Positions 42,035 through 56,095 are shown, numbered from the stretch's first letter. The stretch is DNA of 64,000 bases from an uncultured Gemmatimonadaceae bacterium (GCA_963843845.1 CAWJMB010000003.1:128001-192000); one strand, 5' to 3'. Notes: a model not told the origin generated them from the sequence alone. Translations and numbers: made by a program.

Positions 42035-43308
42035 GTCGTAACGCCGAGCTGCTCGCCGAGGCGCAGCGCGTGATTCCGGGAGGGGTGAGCAGCCCCGTGC
42101 GGGCGTTCAAGGGCGTCGGCGGCACGCCGCGCTTCTTCACGCGCGGGAGCGGTCCCTATGTCACCGACGCCGACGACGTGCGGTACGTCGACTACGTGCT
42201 GTCGTGGGGGGCGCTCGCCGCCGGGCACGCGCCGCCGTCCGTCGTCGACGCCATCGCGGCGCAGGCCGCGCTCGGCACCAGCTTCGGCGCGCCGATCGAG
42301 AGCGAGGCGCGGCTCGCGGCGCGCCTCGTCGACGCGCTGCCGTCGGTCGACCTGGTGCGCTTCGTGAACAGCGGCACCGAGGCGACGATGAGCGCCCTGC
42401 GTGTGGCGCGCGCGGCGACCGGGCGCGCCAAGTTCATCAAGTGCGACGGCTGCTATCACGGCCACGCCGACGCGCTGCTGGTGCAGGCCGGGTCCGGCGT
42501 CGCGACGTTGGGCCTCCCGAACAGCCCCGGCGTCACGCCCGGCGCGACGGCCGACACGCTCGTCGTCCCGTTCAACGACCTCGGCGCCGTCGAGGCGATG
42601 TTCGCGGCGAACCCCGGGCAGATCGCGGCGATCATCGTCGAGCCGGTCGCCGGCAACATGGGGCTGATCGTTCCGCAGCCGGGCTACCTCGCCGGACTGC
42701 GCCGCGTGACGGAGCAGCACGGCGCGCTGCTCGTCTTCGACGAGGTGATGACCGGCTTCCGCGTCGCGTGGGGCGGGGTGCAGGTGCGCGAGGAGATCGT
42801 CCCCGACCTCACCTGCCTCGGCAAGGTCATCGGCGGCGGGCTGCCGGTCGCCGCGTACGGCGGGCGCCGTGACATCATGGAGCTGATCGCGCCGTTGGGC
42901 GCCGTCTACCAGGCCGGCACGCTCTCCGGCAATCCGCTAGGCATGGCCGCGGGCCTCGCGATGCTCGACCTCCTCGCGGTCCCCGGCGCGTACGCGCGGC
43001 TGGAGGCGCAGTCCGTCGCGCTCGCCGGGATCGTCCGGGAGACGGCGGCGCAGCACGGCGTCCCGGTCACGACCTCCGCGATCGGCGGCATGTGGGGGTT
43101 CTTCCTCGGCGACACGCCGGTCGCGAACTACGGCGACGCGAAACGCACCGACACCGCGCTGTTCGCGCGGCTGTTCCACGCCTTGCTCGCCCGCGGCGTC
43201 TACCTCGCGCCGTCCGCGTTCGAGACCAACTTCGTCTCGCTCGCGCACGACGACGACACGCTTGCTCTCACGCGCGACGCCTTCGACGGGGCGTTCGCGG
43301 CGCTATGA
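42031..43308 (+). CDS. hemL: Glutamate-1-semialdehyde 2,1-aminomutase
   Basis: IPGGVSSPVRAF, NSGTEATM, YHGH, FDEVMTGFR, GKVIGGGLP, YQAGTLSGNP. Confidence 0.96.
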   Translation: MSRNAELLAEAQRVIPGGVSSPVRAFKGVGGTPRFFTRGSGPYVTDADDVRYVDYVLSWGALAAGHAPPSVVDAIAAQAALGTSFGAPIESEARLAARLVDALPSVDLVRFVNSGTEATMSALRVARAATGRAKFIKCDGCYHGHADALLVQAGSGVATLGLPNSPGVTPGATADTLVVPFNDLGAVEAMFAANPGQIAAIIVEPVAGNMGLIVPQPGYLAGLRRVTEQHGALLVFDEVMTGFRVAWGGVQVREEIVPDLTCLGKVIGGGLPVAAYGGRRDIMELIAPLGAVYQAGTLSGNPLGMAAGLAMLDLLAVPGAYARLEAQSVALAGIVRETAAQHGVPVTTSAIGGMWGFFLGDTPVANYGDAKRTDTALFARLFHALLARGVYLAPSAFETNFVSLAHDDDTLALTRDAFDGAFAAL

Positions 43309-43385
43309 GCTGACGAGACGCGGGAGGATGCCCGGGATGCGCCGGATGCCCCGGGGATCCCCACCCGTTCCGCTCGCCGAGCGCG

Positions 43386-44279
43386 TCAGCCGCTCCGCAG
43401 CGCGAGGAACAGCTGCCAGAGCGGCGGCTGCCACGTGGTCGAGAGCAGCGCGTGCTCGAGCGCGGCGAGCGCGGCGAGCGTCGCGAGGAGCGCGGCGCCC
43501 GTGCGCGTGCCGCGGGTCGGCAGCGTGCGGGCGCGCCAGGCGAACCACGCGGTGAGTGCGCCTAACGCGACCACCGTCGCCGGCAGCAGCGCCGAGTTCT
43601 CGGGCGGGCCGAAGTAGCGGCGCAACGACGCGAGGTACGACGGCAGCAGCTCCGCCCCTCCGTTCGCGACGCCGAGGAACACGTTGAGGCGCGCCGTCTG
43701 GTGCGCGGCCCACAGCACGACGAGCGCCCACAGTCCGGTCCGCGTCGGCGAGCGCCACACGAGCGCCGCCGCGAACGCGATCGCGACGAGCCCGAGTGCG
43801 TCGCTGTACGCCGTCGCGCGCAGTGCGTCGAACGCGAGCGCGAGGCGATCGCTCGCCACCGCAGCGTGGGGGAGCGTGCCGCCCGGCGCCACGCCGGCCG
43901 GCCCGCTCGCCGGCCCGCTCGCCGGCCCGCCGGCCGGCCCGACGACCCACCCGCCGTAGAGCGCGGCGCTCACCGCCGTCCACAGGAGCCCCCCGCCGAG
44001 GAAGCTCTGCACGACGTCGCGCGGCTCGGGCCATGCACGCGAGCGCGCCAGGAGCCACGCGCCGCCGGCAGCGGCGACGACGCCGATGGCCGCCGCGACG
44101 AGCCGCCCCGTGCCTTCGCGTTGCGCGGCGAGCAGCGTGCCCGTCGCGAGCCACCAGAACGCGAGCACGACGAGGGGCCCGCCGGCGGCGACGAGCTCAC
44201 GCCCCCGCACGCGCCGCCCCGGCATCCGGCTTCCCCACGCGCCGCGGGCGCTCGGGCGGACCACACCCGGCGCGCTCAC
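43386..44279 (-). CDS. puhE: Photosynthetic complex assembly protein PuhE (DUF3623)
   Basis: FWWLATG, ARLNVFLGVAN...ELLPSYL..LRRYF, LAALEHA; GTGA overlap with bchD. Confidence 0.8.
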   Translation of the reverse strand: MSAPGVVRPSARGAWGSRMPGRRVRGRELVAAGGPLVVLAFWWLATGTLLAAQREGTGRLVAAAIGVVAAAGGAWLLARSRAWPEPRDVVQSFLGGGLLWTAVSAALYGGWVVGPAGGPASGPASGPAGVAPGGTLPHAAVASDRLALAFDALRATAYSDALGLVAIAFAAALVWRSPTRTGLWALVVLWAAHQTARLNVFLGVANGGAELLPSYLASLRRYFGPPENSALLPATVVALGALTAWFAWRARTLPTRGTRTGAALLATLAALAALEHALLSTTWQPPLWQLFLALRSG

Positions 44280-46234
44280 GACGCGCGGGCGCGTGAGTCG
44301 CGCGCGGCGGGCGCCGGCAGCGCAGTGCGCAACGTCGCATCGATGCCGCGTGCCGAGATGACGGGCAGCACGACGTGGCGCGCGCGCAGCGCCGTCGCCA
44401 GCTCGCGCGCCTCGGGGCCGCCGCGCGGCGCGGTATCGATGACGACGGATGGCACGTCGAGGCGCACGAGCTGGCGTGCTGCGTCGAGCGCGTCGGCGCG
44501 GGCGCGCGTGCGGTCGGGCGCGCCGTCACGTGCGAGGTTCGCGCGGCCGTCGGTCAGCAGAACGACGCGCACGTCCCACCCGTCGCTCCGCTCTCGCAGC
44601 GCGAGCTGCGCCGCCGCGTCGAGCGCCGCGGCGAGCGGGGTGCCGCCGCCGCCCGGCAGCGCCGCGAGCTGTCGTCGTGCCCGCGCGAGCGCCCGCGTCG
44701 GTGGGAGCGACAGCGTCACGCCGCGGCCGGAGAACGCGAGCAGCGCCACGCGGTCGCGCCGCACGTAGCTCTCGGCGAGCAGGAGCTGCACGGCACCCTT
44801 CGCCTCGCCGAGCCGTCGCGCCGCCATCGAGCCGGACGCGTCGACGACGAACAACGTCGACGTCCCGGTGCGCTGCTGCGTGCGCCGCACGTGCAGATCG
44901 CCGCGCTCGACGCGCAACGCGTCGTCACCCCGTCCGCGCGGCGCGTCGGGCACGTCGTTCGGCCCACGCTCGGCGGCCGCGCGCACGCGCTGCCAGGGCG
45001 CGGCGGCGCGCATCGTCGCGAGCAGATCGAGCCGGCGCCCGCGACGCGGCTCGCCGCGGCGGGCGCCTAACGGGCGGCCGTGCGTCGTGCCCGCGCGCGC
45101 CGTCCCCGCGCGTCCGGGTGTGCGCGCGGCACGCGAGGCCGTCGCCGTGCCGTCGAGCAATCCCGGCGGCAGCACGGCGCGCACCGCGTCGAGCACGACG
45201 TCCGCGAGCGGAGACGGCGTCGTACGCTCGGTGGCCTCGGAATCCGGCTCGGCGGGCGGATCGTGCGCGTCGCGCCGATCGGGCGCCGACTGCGGGTCGG
45301 TCTCCGCCCCCGTCGGCTGCCGCGCTGGCTCCGCGGAATCGTCAGCCGGTGCCTCTGCCGTGTCCGGCGCGTGGCGTGCGCGGGGCGCGAGGACGAGCTG
45401 CGCCGCCGCGACGACGTCGTCACCGGTCGCACGGTCGCGGCCGTGCCATGCCGCGGACGCCCGCGCCGCGCGGACGGCGAACAGGAGCGCCCGGACGTCG
45501 TCGATGCCCAACGAATGCGCGACCGCCGCGAGCGCCTCGACGGCGTCGTCGTCGAGCGCGACGCTGCGCAGCCTCCGCCGAGCGGCGATGACGGCGTGGC
45601 GATCGGCGGCGTTCGGCGCACCGTCGGGCGCGGCGCCCCACGTGGCGCTCGTCGTGCCACGCAGCGTCTCGATCCCGCCGCCGGCTCGGCCGCGGCCGAG
45701 CGCGACGTGGAACGCGAGCCGTTCGGTGAGCGCCGCCGGCACCGTGGCGTCGGCGTCGTCGCTCCACGTGACCACGAGCGACCGCGCGCGGTGCGTCGCC
45801 GCGACCGTATCGCGCTCGACGCGCACCTCGCCCGTGTCGAGCGTCGCGGCGACCGACGAGATCGCGAGCGCGGTCGCGCGCTGCGCCGACGGCACGACGA
45901 GCACCCCGCCGTGCGCCTCCGCGAGGACGCCGCGCGTCACGCCTGGCGCACCCGTCGCGCCGCCGAGCGTCGCCGTCAGATCCGCGCCGCCGACGAGTCG
46001 GTCCGCGTCGACGCCCGGCGGCAGCAGGCGCCACGGCGCGCGGTGCGGCAGCGCGCCGTGGAGCGCGCGCGCCCAGCCTAACGCTGCGTCGCGATCCGCG
46101 GTCTGCAGCACCGCGCCGCCCAGTCCGCGCGGGTCGACGGCGAGCAGCGCCGCCGCGAGGCTTCCCTCGGCGCGTGCACCGTCGACGCGTGCACCGTCGG
46201 CGAACGCAGCGTCCGCGACGCCGACGACGGTCAC
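44276..46234 (-). CDS. bchD: Magnesium chelatase subunit D
   Basis: VDPRGLGG, acidic/Pro linker, RAAAPWQ, v[35 protein letters not shown]. Confidence 0.93.
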   Translation of the reverse strand: MTVVGVADAAFADGARVDGARAEGSLAAALLAVDPRGLGGAVLQTADRDAALGWARALHGALPHRAPWRLLPPGVDADRLVGGADLTATLGGATGAPGVTRGVLAEAHGGVLVVPSAQRATALAISSVAATLDTGEVRVERDTVAATHRARSLVVTWSDDADATVPAALTERLAFHVALGRGRAGGGIETLRGTTSATWGAAPDGAPNAADRHAVIAARRRLRSVALDDDAVEALAAVAHSLGIDDVRALLFAVRAARASAAWHGRDRATGDDVVAAAQLVLAPRARHAPDTAEAPADDSAEPARQPTGAETDPQSAPDRRDAHDPPAEPDSEATERTTPSPLADVVLDAVRAVLPPGLLDGTATASRAARTPGRAGTARAGTTHGRPLGARRGEPRRGRRLDLLATMRAAAPWQRVRAAAERGPNDVPDAPRGRGDDALRVERGDLHVRRTQQRTGTSTLFVVDASGSMAARRLGEAKGAVQLLLAESYVRRDRVALLAFSGRGVTLSLPPTRALARARRQLAALPGGGGTPLAAALDAAAQLALRERSDGWDVRVVLLTDGRANLARDGAPDRTRARADALDAARQLVRLDVPSVVIDTAPRGGPEARELATALRARHVVLPVISARGIDATLRTALPAPAARDSRARAS

Positions 46235-47271
46235 GCCGCGGCCGTGTCGGCGATCGTCTCGCGCACCGCGCGCTCGATGCGCGCCGACGACCCGGTGTCG
46301 TCGAGCGGGTCGCGGCGCAGCCGATGGCGCAGCGCGAGCGGTGCGATCTGTCGCAGATGGCCGAGCGTCGCCTCGGCCACGCCGTCGAGCGCGGCGACGG
46401 CGCGCGCGGCGCGGAGCAGCGTCAGCTCGCCGCGCACCCCGTCGACCTTGAGCTGTGCGCAGAGGGCGGCACCGCGCTCGAGCAGCGCGTCGGGCACGAC
46501 GGTCGCGTCGAGCGTCTCGCGGGCCCGCGTGAGGCGCTTGCGCACGGCCGTGTCGGGCGCACGCCACTTCGCGAGAAAGTCGTTCGGCGCACGGTCGAAG
46601 GCGTCGCGCCGCCGCACCACCTCGATGCGCTGCGCCGGATCGTTCGGGGTCACGACGTCGACGGCGAGGCCGAAACGATCGAGCAGCTGTGGGCGAAGGT
46701 CGCCCTCTTCCGGATTCCCGCTGCCGACGAGTACGAAGCGCGCCGGGTGCCGCACGGACAGTCCGTCACGCTCGACCACGTTCTCGCCGGAGACGGCGAC
46801 GTCGAGCAGCAGGTCGACGAGATGATCGTCGAGCAGGTTGATCTCGTCGACGTAGAGAAAGCCGCGGTTCGCCTTCGCGAGCAGCCCGGGCTCGTAGCGA
46901 CGTTCGCCGTGCCGCAATGCGCGCTCGAGGTCGAGGCTTCCGACGACGCGGTCCTCGGTCGCGCCTAACGGCAGGTCGACGACCGGAATCGGCCGCATCG
47001 CGACCGCGGTCGTCTCCTTGCGCCGCGCCGCGCGGCGGCACCCGTCGCACCGATCGCCGTTGCCGCCCGGATCGCAGCCGTAGGGACAGTCGGCGACCAT
47101 CGCCAGCTTCGGCAGCAGGGCAGGGAGGGCGCGCACGGCGGTCGACTTCGCGGTGCCGCGCTGCCCGAAGATCAGCACGCCCCCCACCGCGGGGTCGGTC
47201 GCCGCGATGAGCAGGGCGAGCTTCATTTCGTCCTGTCCGACGATGGCCGAGAACGGATAGCGGTGGTGCAC
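46231..47271 (-). CDS. bchI: Magnesium chelatase subunit I
   Basis: [53 protein letters not shown]. Confidence 0.97.
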   Translation of the reverse strand: MHHRYPFSAIVGQDEMKLALLIAATDPAVGGVLIFGQRGTAKSTAVRALPALLPKLAMVADCPYGCDPGGNGDRCDGCRRAARRKETTAVAMRPIPVVDLPLGATEDRVVGSLDLERALRHGERRYEPGLLAKANRGFLYVDEINLLDDHLVDLLLDVAVSGENVVERDGLSVRHPARFVLVGSGNPEEGDLRPQLLDRFGLAVDVVTPNDPAQRIEVVRRRDAFDRAPNDFLAKWRAPDTAVRKRLTRARETLDATVVPDALLERGAALCAQLKVDGVRGELTLLRAARAVAALDGVAEATLGHLRQIAPLALRHRLRRDPLDDTGSSARIERAVRETIADTAAA

Positions 47272-47319
47272 GGAGAACTCTCTCTGGTGGCTCGGTCTAC
47301 GCTACCCCGCCCGTCGAGG

Positions 47320-47363
47320 TGTCGCAATACGTGAACGGTAGTGAGTGTCAACGTTGCTTGACG
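47320..47363. promoter_or_regulatory. Tandem PpsR-like sites in the bchI/crtF divergent promoter
   Basis: TGTCGCAATACGTGAACG (47320-47337) and TGTCAACGTTGCTTGACG (47346-47363), both TGT-N12-ACG, 8 bp apart. Confidence 0.7.
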
Positions 47364-47409
47364 CCGTTCGGTCCCGTCGTCATGTTCGCGTCGTGCTCAT
47401 GATCTCCGC

Positions 47410-48594
47410 ATGACGATCGACACGCTCCGCAACGCCGCGCCGACGGCCGCGGCACCGTCGGTCGTGTCGTCCATGACGTTCGGCGACCGCATGCTCGCTC
47501 TCCGCGATCGGCTGATCGCCGGCGCCGTGGCCCGGCCGTGGCTGGCGCGCCTGCCGCTCGTCGGGCTCGTCGCGCGCCGCCAGTCGCAGTCGCTGTTCGA
47601 TCTCTGTGCGGGCTTCGTCTACTCGCAGGTGCTGACGGCGTGCGTGCGGAGCGGGCTGCTCGATTTCGTCGCGGCGGAGCCGCGCACCGTCGCGGCGATC
47701 GCCGCGCACTGCGCGCTGCCGCTCGACGGCGCCGAACGGCTCGTGCGCGCGGCGACGGCGATGCAGCTCCTCGGCCCGCGCTCGGGGACGCGACATGGGC
47801 TCGGCGCGACGGGGGTCGCGGTGCGGTCGGCCCCGGGGCTCGTGCAGATGATCGAGCACAACGTGCTGCTCTACGACGACCTGCGCGACCCGATCGCCGT
47901 GCTGCGCGGCGACGCGACGCGGGCGCACCGGTCGCGTGAAGTGGGGTCGTACTTCGGCTATGCGACGACCGAGTCGCCCGAGACGCTGAGCGCGCAAGCG
48001 GTGGCGCCGTATTCGACGCTCATGTCGGAGACCGTCGCGCCGATCGCCGCCGAGGTGCTCGACGCGGTGCCGCTCGACGGGCGGCGGCTGCTCATGGACG
48101 TCGGCGGCGGCACGGGAGCGTTCGTCTGCGCGGTCGCGGCGCGGCATCCGTCGATCGCGCTGCGGCTGTTCGACCTGCCCGCGGTCGCGTCGCTCGCGGC
48201 CGACCGCGTCGCGCGCGAAGGGTTGGCGTCGCGCATCGACGCGGTCGGCGGGGACTTCCACAGCGATGCGCTCCCGACCGGCGCCGACGTCATCACCTTC
48301 GTGCGCGTGCTGCTCGATCACGATGACGCCTCGGTCCGCGCGCTTCTGGGCCGGGCGCGCGCGGCGCTGGCGCCCGGCGGCATGGTCGTGATTGCCGAGC
48401 CGATGGCGGGGGCGAAGGGCGCGGCGGTGGTCGGCGACGTCTACTTCGCGCTCTACCTGCGCGCGATGGGACGTGGGCGTCCGCGCGAGGCCGGCGAACT
48501 CGGCGCCATGCTGCGCGATGCCGGCTTCCGCGACGTGCGGTCCCATCGCACGCGCTACCCGGTCTTCGCCGGGATTCTGACCGCTCGCGCCTGA
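47410..48594 (+). CDS. crtF: Carotenoid (hydroxyneurosporene) O-methyltransferase
   Basis: LFDLCAGFVYSQVL, MIEHN..LYDDLRDP, MDVGGGTG, FVRVLLDHDD, YFALYL.AMG.GRPR. Confidence 0.92.
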   Translation: MTIDTLRNAAPTAAAPSVVSSMTFGDRMLALRDRLIAGAVARPWLARLPLVGLVARRQSQSLFDLCAGFVYSQVLTACVRSGLLDFVAAEPRTVAAIAAHCALPLDGAERLVRAATAMQLLGPRSGTRHGLGATGVAVRSAPGLVQMIEHNVLLYDDLRDPIAVLRGDATRAHRSREVGSYFGYATTESPETLSAQAVAPYSTLMSETVAPIAAEVLDAVPLDGRRLLMDVGGGTGAFVCAVAARHPSIALRLFDLPAVASLAADRVAREGLASRIDAVGGDFHSDALPTGADVITFVRVLLDHDDASVRALLGRARAALAPGGMVVIAEPMAGAKGAAVVGDVYFALYLRAMGRGRPREAGELGAMLRDAGFRDVRSHRTRYPVFAGILTARA

Positions 48595-48631
48595 CCGATG
48601 CGCCCTCCTCTTGACCATCGGCGCGCCGGAC

Positions 48632-48675
48632 TGTCAATTCTAGTTGACACACAGCGCTGTATCGGTATCTTGACG
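48632..48675. promoter_or_regulatory. Tandem PpsR/CrtJ sites upstream of bchC
   Basis: TGTCAATTCTAGTTGACA (perfect, 48632-48649) and TGTATCGGTATCTTGACG (48658-48675), 8 bp apart. Confidence 0.85.
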
Positions 48676-48731
48676 CTCCGACCACTGGGTGCTGCGATCC
48701 GTCGCACACCCCGCCCCTCCTGAGAGCTCGC

Positions 48732-49669
48732 ATGTACACGACGGCAGTCGTCTTCGAGCAGCCCGGCACGCTCGACGTTCGATCGGTGGCGCTCACGCCT
48801 CCGGGTCCGACGGACGTCGTGGTGGACGTCGTGCACTCGGGGATCAGCACCGGCACCGAGCGGCTCCTCTGGACCGGGCGCATGCCGGCATTCCCGGGCT
48901 CGGGTACCCGCTCGTGCCGGGGTACGAGTCGGTCGGCACCGTCGTCGAGGCGGGGGCGGACTCGGGGCACGCGGTCGGCGAGACGGTGTTCGTGCCCGGA
49001 GCGCGCTGCTTCACCGACGTGCGCGGGCTGTTCGGCGGCAACGCGCAGCGTCTCGTCGTCGCCGGCCCGCGCGCCCACGTCGTCGACGGCGCGTTGGGCG
49101 CGAACGCGGTCCTCCTCGCGCTCGCCGCGACGGCGTACCACGCGCTCCGCGACGGCCCGACGCTCCCCGGCCTCATCGTCGGACACGGCGCGTTAGGCCG
49201 GCTCCTCGCACGGCTGACGCTCGCGTTGGGTGGCGCCGCGCCGACCGTGTGGGAGAAGCACCCCGTGCGCCGCGCCGGCGCCGTCGGCTACACGGTCACG
49301 GACGCCGGATCCGATGCGCGCACCGACTACGCGTGCGTCTGCGACGTGAGCGGCGACGCGTCGCTCGTCGACGCACTCATCCGGCGGCTCGGCCCGGGCG
49401 GTGAGCTGGTGCTCGCCGCGTTCTACCACGAGCCGATCGCGTTCGCATTCCCGCCGGCGTTCATGCGCGGCGCCCGGCTGCGCATCGCCGCGGAGTGGCG
49501 GCCGTCCGATCTGACGGCCGTCCGCGAGTTGGTCGCGAGCGGCGCGCTGTCGCTCGACGGGCTCGTCACGCACCGCGAAGACGCCGCGAACGCGGCCGCC
49601 GCGTTCGACACCGCATTCGACGACCCGACCTGCGTCAAGATGATTCTCGACTGGAGGAACGCCGCATGA
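48732..49669 (+). CDS. bchC: 2-desacetyl-2-hydroxyethyl bacteriochlorophyllide dehydrogenase, frameshift near 48900
   Basis: [17 protein letters not shown], then [32 protein letters not shown]. Confidence 0.93.
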
Positions 49670-50682
49670 TCGATCTCGCCCACGCGCCGGCGACGACCAC
49701 CTACGTGGACATGGCGGCGAACGTCCGCGCCGAAGCGCACGTCGAGCCCGACCCGGTGTCGACGAAGCCGCCGACGAAAGAGACGCAGATCATCGCGATC
49801 TACGGCAAAGGCGGCATCGGCAAGAGCTTCACGCTCGCCAACCTGTCGTACATGATGGCGCAGCAGGGGAAGAAGGTGCTGCTCATCGGCTGCGACCCGA
49901 AGTCCGACACGACGTCGCTGCTGTTCGGCGGCAAGGCGTGCCCGACCATCATCGAGATGTCGTCGAAGAAGAAGCTCGCCGGCGAGTCGGTCGCGATCGG
50001 CGACGTCTGCTTCAAGCGCGACGGCGTGTTCGCGATGGAGTTGGGGGGCCCAGAGGTCGGCCGCGGCTGCGGCGGGCGCGGCATCATCCACGGCTTCGAG
50101 ACGCTGGAGAAGCTCGGCTTCCACGACTGGGGCTTCGACTTCGTGCTGCTCGACTTTCTCGGCGACGTCGTCTGCGGCGGCTTCGGGCTGCCGATCGCGC
50201 GCGACATGTGTCAGAAGGTCATCGTCGTCGGCTCGAACGATCTGCAGTCGCTCTACGTCGCGAACAACGTCTGCTCCGCCGTGGAGTACTTCCGCAGGCT
50301 CGGCGGCAACGTCGGCGTCGCGGGGATGGTCGTGAACAAGGACGACCACACCGGCGAGGCGGCGCGCTTCGCCGAGCGGGTCGGGATCCCGGTGCTCGCG
50401 AGCGTGCCGGCGCACGAGGACATCCGCCGCAAGAGCGCGAACTACGAGATCATCGGCTACCCCGACGGTCAGTGGGGCCCGCTGTTCGGGACGCTCGCGA
50501 TGAACGTCGCCGAGGCGCCTCCGGTACGGCCGAAGCCGCTCACGCAGGACGGATTGCTCGCGCTGTTCTCGGGAAGCTCCGTCGGGCGCGACGTCGTGTT
50601 GCAGCCGGCGACGATGGCCGACATGTGCGGGCGCGACGTCGCGCCGCGCCGCTCGCTCGAAGTCATCTACGACGCGGTCTGA
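49666..50682 (+). CDS. bchX: Chlorophyllide reductase iron protein
   Basis: [40 protein letters not shown]. Confidence 0.97.
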   Translation: MIDLAHAPATTTYVDMAANVRAEAHVEPDPVSTKPPTKETQIIAIYGKGGIGKSFTLANLSYMMAQQGKKVLLIGCDPKSDTTSLLFGGKACPTIIEMSSKKKLAGESVAIGDVCFKRDGVFAMELGGPEVGRGCGGRGIIHGFETLEKLGFHDWGFDFVLLDFLGDVVCGGFGLPIARDMCQKVIVVGSNDLQSLYVANNVCSAVEYFRRLGGNVGVAGMVVNKDDHTGEAARFAERVGIPVLASVPAHEDIRRKSANYEIIGYPDGQWGPLFGTLAMNVAEAPPVRPKPLTQDGLLALFSGSSVGRDVVLQPATMADMCGRDVAPRRSLEVIYDAV

Positions 50683-50795
50683 GACGATCGAGTCGTGCAA
50701 CTCACCCGGCGTTCCACGCACGCGGGGCCTCGTGATCCGGCCGGTCCCGACCGCGAGCTCTCTCGCGGCGCTCGGGATGACGGCGGAGCGACGGG

Positions 50796-53701
<2,906 letters not shown>

Positions 53702-54690
53702 GCGGCGTGCCGCGTCGAGGATGATCGCCGCCACGGCGTCCGGGTCGCTCTCGTGGACGAGGTGCCCCGCGTTCGGAAGCGACACGATCGTCGCGTTCGG
53801 CAGCCGTGCGCCGATCTCGCGCACCTGCGCCGGGCGGATCCACCGGTCGTGCTCGCCGACGACGAGGGTCACCGGCACGTCGATCGTCGGCAGCCGCCGC
53901 GCGAGCCTGTCGAGGTTCCAGCGTCCCATCATCGTGAGCACGGCGTGCAGGTGCTCGGGCGAGCGCGTGAACGCTTCGTATATGGCGGCCTGCTCCGCCG
54001 GGACTCTCGTGCCGGTCGAATCGAGCAGCGTGCCGGTGAACGCGGTCGCGGAGACGAGCCACGCCGCCGCACGCGCGACGGCCATCGGCGCGACGAGCTC
54101 GCGGACGACCGGCGCGAGCCACGCCGAGTACGCGGTCGGCGGCGGCGCGATCGCCGCGTTCAGACCGACGATCGCGCCGCGCGGGGCGAGCCCGTCCGCG
54201 GCGCGCTGCAGCAACACGGCCGCCCCCGCCGAGTGTCCGACGCCGAGGGCGGGCGTCATGCCTAACGCGTGGAGCAGCTCGGTGATGGCGCTCGCCATCC
54301 CGGAGAGCGACAGCCCGGCGTCGGTGGGGGGGCGCGATGTGAATCCGTGCCCCGGAAGGTCGGGCGCGACGACCGTGAAGTGGGTGGCGAGGCGCGGCAG
54401 CAGATCGCGCCACGAGTGTGTCGCCGCTCCCGTTCCGTGTAGCAGCAGCACCATCGGCCCCCGTCCGGCGACCTGCACGTGCCACCGGATCCCGGCCGTC
54501 TCGACGAAGCGACTGGCGTCTGCGTTGGGCCACCGGCCCCGCCATCGCTCCCACCCCGACTCGCCGCCTTCGCCCGCGTCCGCGGAATCGGTAGGCGTCA
54601 CGAGTCGGACCTTGCGCGCCGGCCACTCGGGCCAACGCTCTCACCCCCGCGGCCTGCGGCCGCGGCATCTGCTCCCTTCAGGAGGCGCAC

Positions 54691-54912
54691 ATGGCCACGT
54701 CGATGCCACCGACGTCGCGTTCCGGCGGAGGAATGTCGGGGCTCACAGAGGACGAAGCACGGTCGTTTCACGGCATGTTCATCACCAGCTTCATCGCGTT
54801 CACGGTGATCGCGATCGTCGCGCACTGGATGGTCTGGTCGTGGCGTCCGTGGATCCCCGGCACCGAGGGCTATCCGGCCCCGAGCGTCTCGGCTCCCTCC
54901 GTCCCGCGCTGA
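54691..54912 (+). CDS. pufB: LH1 antenna beta subunit (alternative start 54733)
   Basis: [12 protein letters not shown]...[22 protein letters not shown]. Confidence 0.95.
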   Translation: MATSMPPTSRSGGGMSGLTEDEARSFHGMFITSFIAFTVIAIVAHWMVWSWRPWIPGTEGYPAPSVSAPSVPR

Positions 54913-54922
54913 GGAACTGATC

Positions 54923-55111
54923 ATGTACCGAGTTTGGATGATCTTCGACCCGCGCCGGACGCTCGTCGCGCTGTTCACGTTCCTGTTCGTGCTCGCGCTG
55001 CTCATTCACTTCATTCTACTGAGCACGCAGCGCTACAACTGGATCGACGCCAACGCGAGAAGCACCGTGTCGGCGGCGGACATGACGCCACTCCCGCCCG
55101 GCAGTCGGTAG
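54923..55111 (+). CDS. pufA: LH1 antenna alpha subunit
   Basis: [17 protein letters not shown]...[16 protein letters not shown]. Confidence 0.96.
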   Translation: MYRVWMIFDPRRTLVALFTFLFVLALLIHFILLSTQRYNWIDANARSTVSAADMTPLPPGSR

Positions 55112-55124
55112 GGCCGGTCGTCGA

Positions 55125-55173
55125 ACGTGCGCGGCGCGCCTCGTGGGGTTCCCGACAGGCTCGTCGCGCGCGT
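55125..55173 (+). other. Imperfect stem-loop between pufA and pufL (putative mRNA stability element)
   Basis: ACGTGCGCGGCGCGCCT pairs with AGGCTCGTCGCGCGCGT, allowing G-U pairs. Confidence 0.5.
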
Positions 55174-55258
55174 CCGGCGTCGGAACACACAGTAGCTCCG
55201 CAGCGAAACGTTTCACCTTTTCGATCGCCTTGACCTCGCGTCAGGAGGCACCCCGACG

Positions 55259-56083
55259 ATGGCCATGCTGAGTTTTGAAGCGAAGTATCGCGTGCGAGGA
55301 GGCACCCTCGTCGGCGGCGATCTGTTCGACTTCTGGGTCGGACCGTTCTACGTAGGGTTCTTCGGTGTCTTGTCGATCTTCTTCATCGCGCTCGGCACGC
55401 TGCTCTGCGTCTGGGGCGCGGCGGTCGGGCCGACGTGGAACCTGTGGCGCATCTCGATCGCGCCCCCCGACCTGAGCTACGGCCTCGGCCTCGCGCCGCT
55501 CGCGCACGGGGGGCTCTGGCAGCTCATCACGTTCGCCGCGACCGGCGCGTTCGTCTCGTGGGCGCTCCGCCAGGTCGAGATCTCGCGCAAGCTCGGCATG
55601 GGCTACCACATCCCGGTCGCCTACGGCGTCGCCGTGTTCGCGTACGTCACGCTCGTCATCATCCGGCCGGTGCTGTTAGGCGCCTGGGGGCACGGCTTCC
55701 CCTACGGCATCATCAGCCACCTCGACTGGGTGTCGAACGTCGGGTACCAGTACCTGCATTTCCATTACAACCCGCTGCACATGATCGCGGTGACGTTGTT
55801 CTTCACGACGACGCTCGCGCTCAGCATGCACGGCTCGCTCATCCTCTCGATGGTGAACCCCGCGAAGGGCGAGCCGGTCAAGACGAGCGAACACGAGAAC
55901 TCGTTCTTCCGCGACGTGCTCGGCTACTCGATCGGCGCGGTCGGCATCCACCGACTCGGGCTCGGGCTCGCGCTCGGCGCCGGCATCTTCAGCGCGCTGT
56001 GCATCGTCGTCAGCGGGCCGCTGTGGACGCGCGGCTGGCCGGAGTGGTGGAACTGGTGGCTCAATCTCCCCATCTGGTCGTAG
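55259..56083 (+). CDS. pufL: Reaction centre L subunit
   Basis: [46 protein letters not shown]. Confidence 0.98.
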   Translation: MAMLSFEAKYRVRGGTLVGGDLFDFWVGPFYVGFFGVLSIFFIALGTLLCVWGAAVGPTWNLWRISIAPPDLSYGLGLAPLAHGGLWQLITFAATGAFVSWALRQVEISRKLGMGYHIPVAYGVAVFAYVTLVIIRPVLLGAWGHGFPYGIISHLDWVSNVGYQYLHFHYNPLHMIAVTLFFTTTLALSMHGSLILSMVNPAKGEPVKTSEHENSFFRDVLGYSIGAVGIHRLGLGLALGAGIFSALCIVVSGPLWTRGWPEWWNWWLNLPIWS

Positions 56084-56095
56084 CGGAGAACTCGG

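Noticed and set aside
49666..50682. Nitrogenase nifH
   Set aside because: Motifs and the bchC-X-Y-Z context identify chlorophyllide reductase BchX
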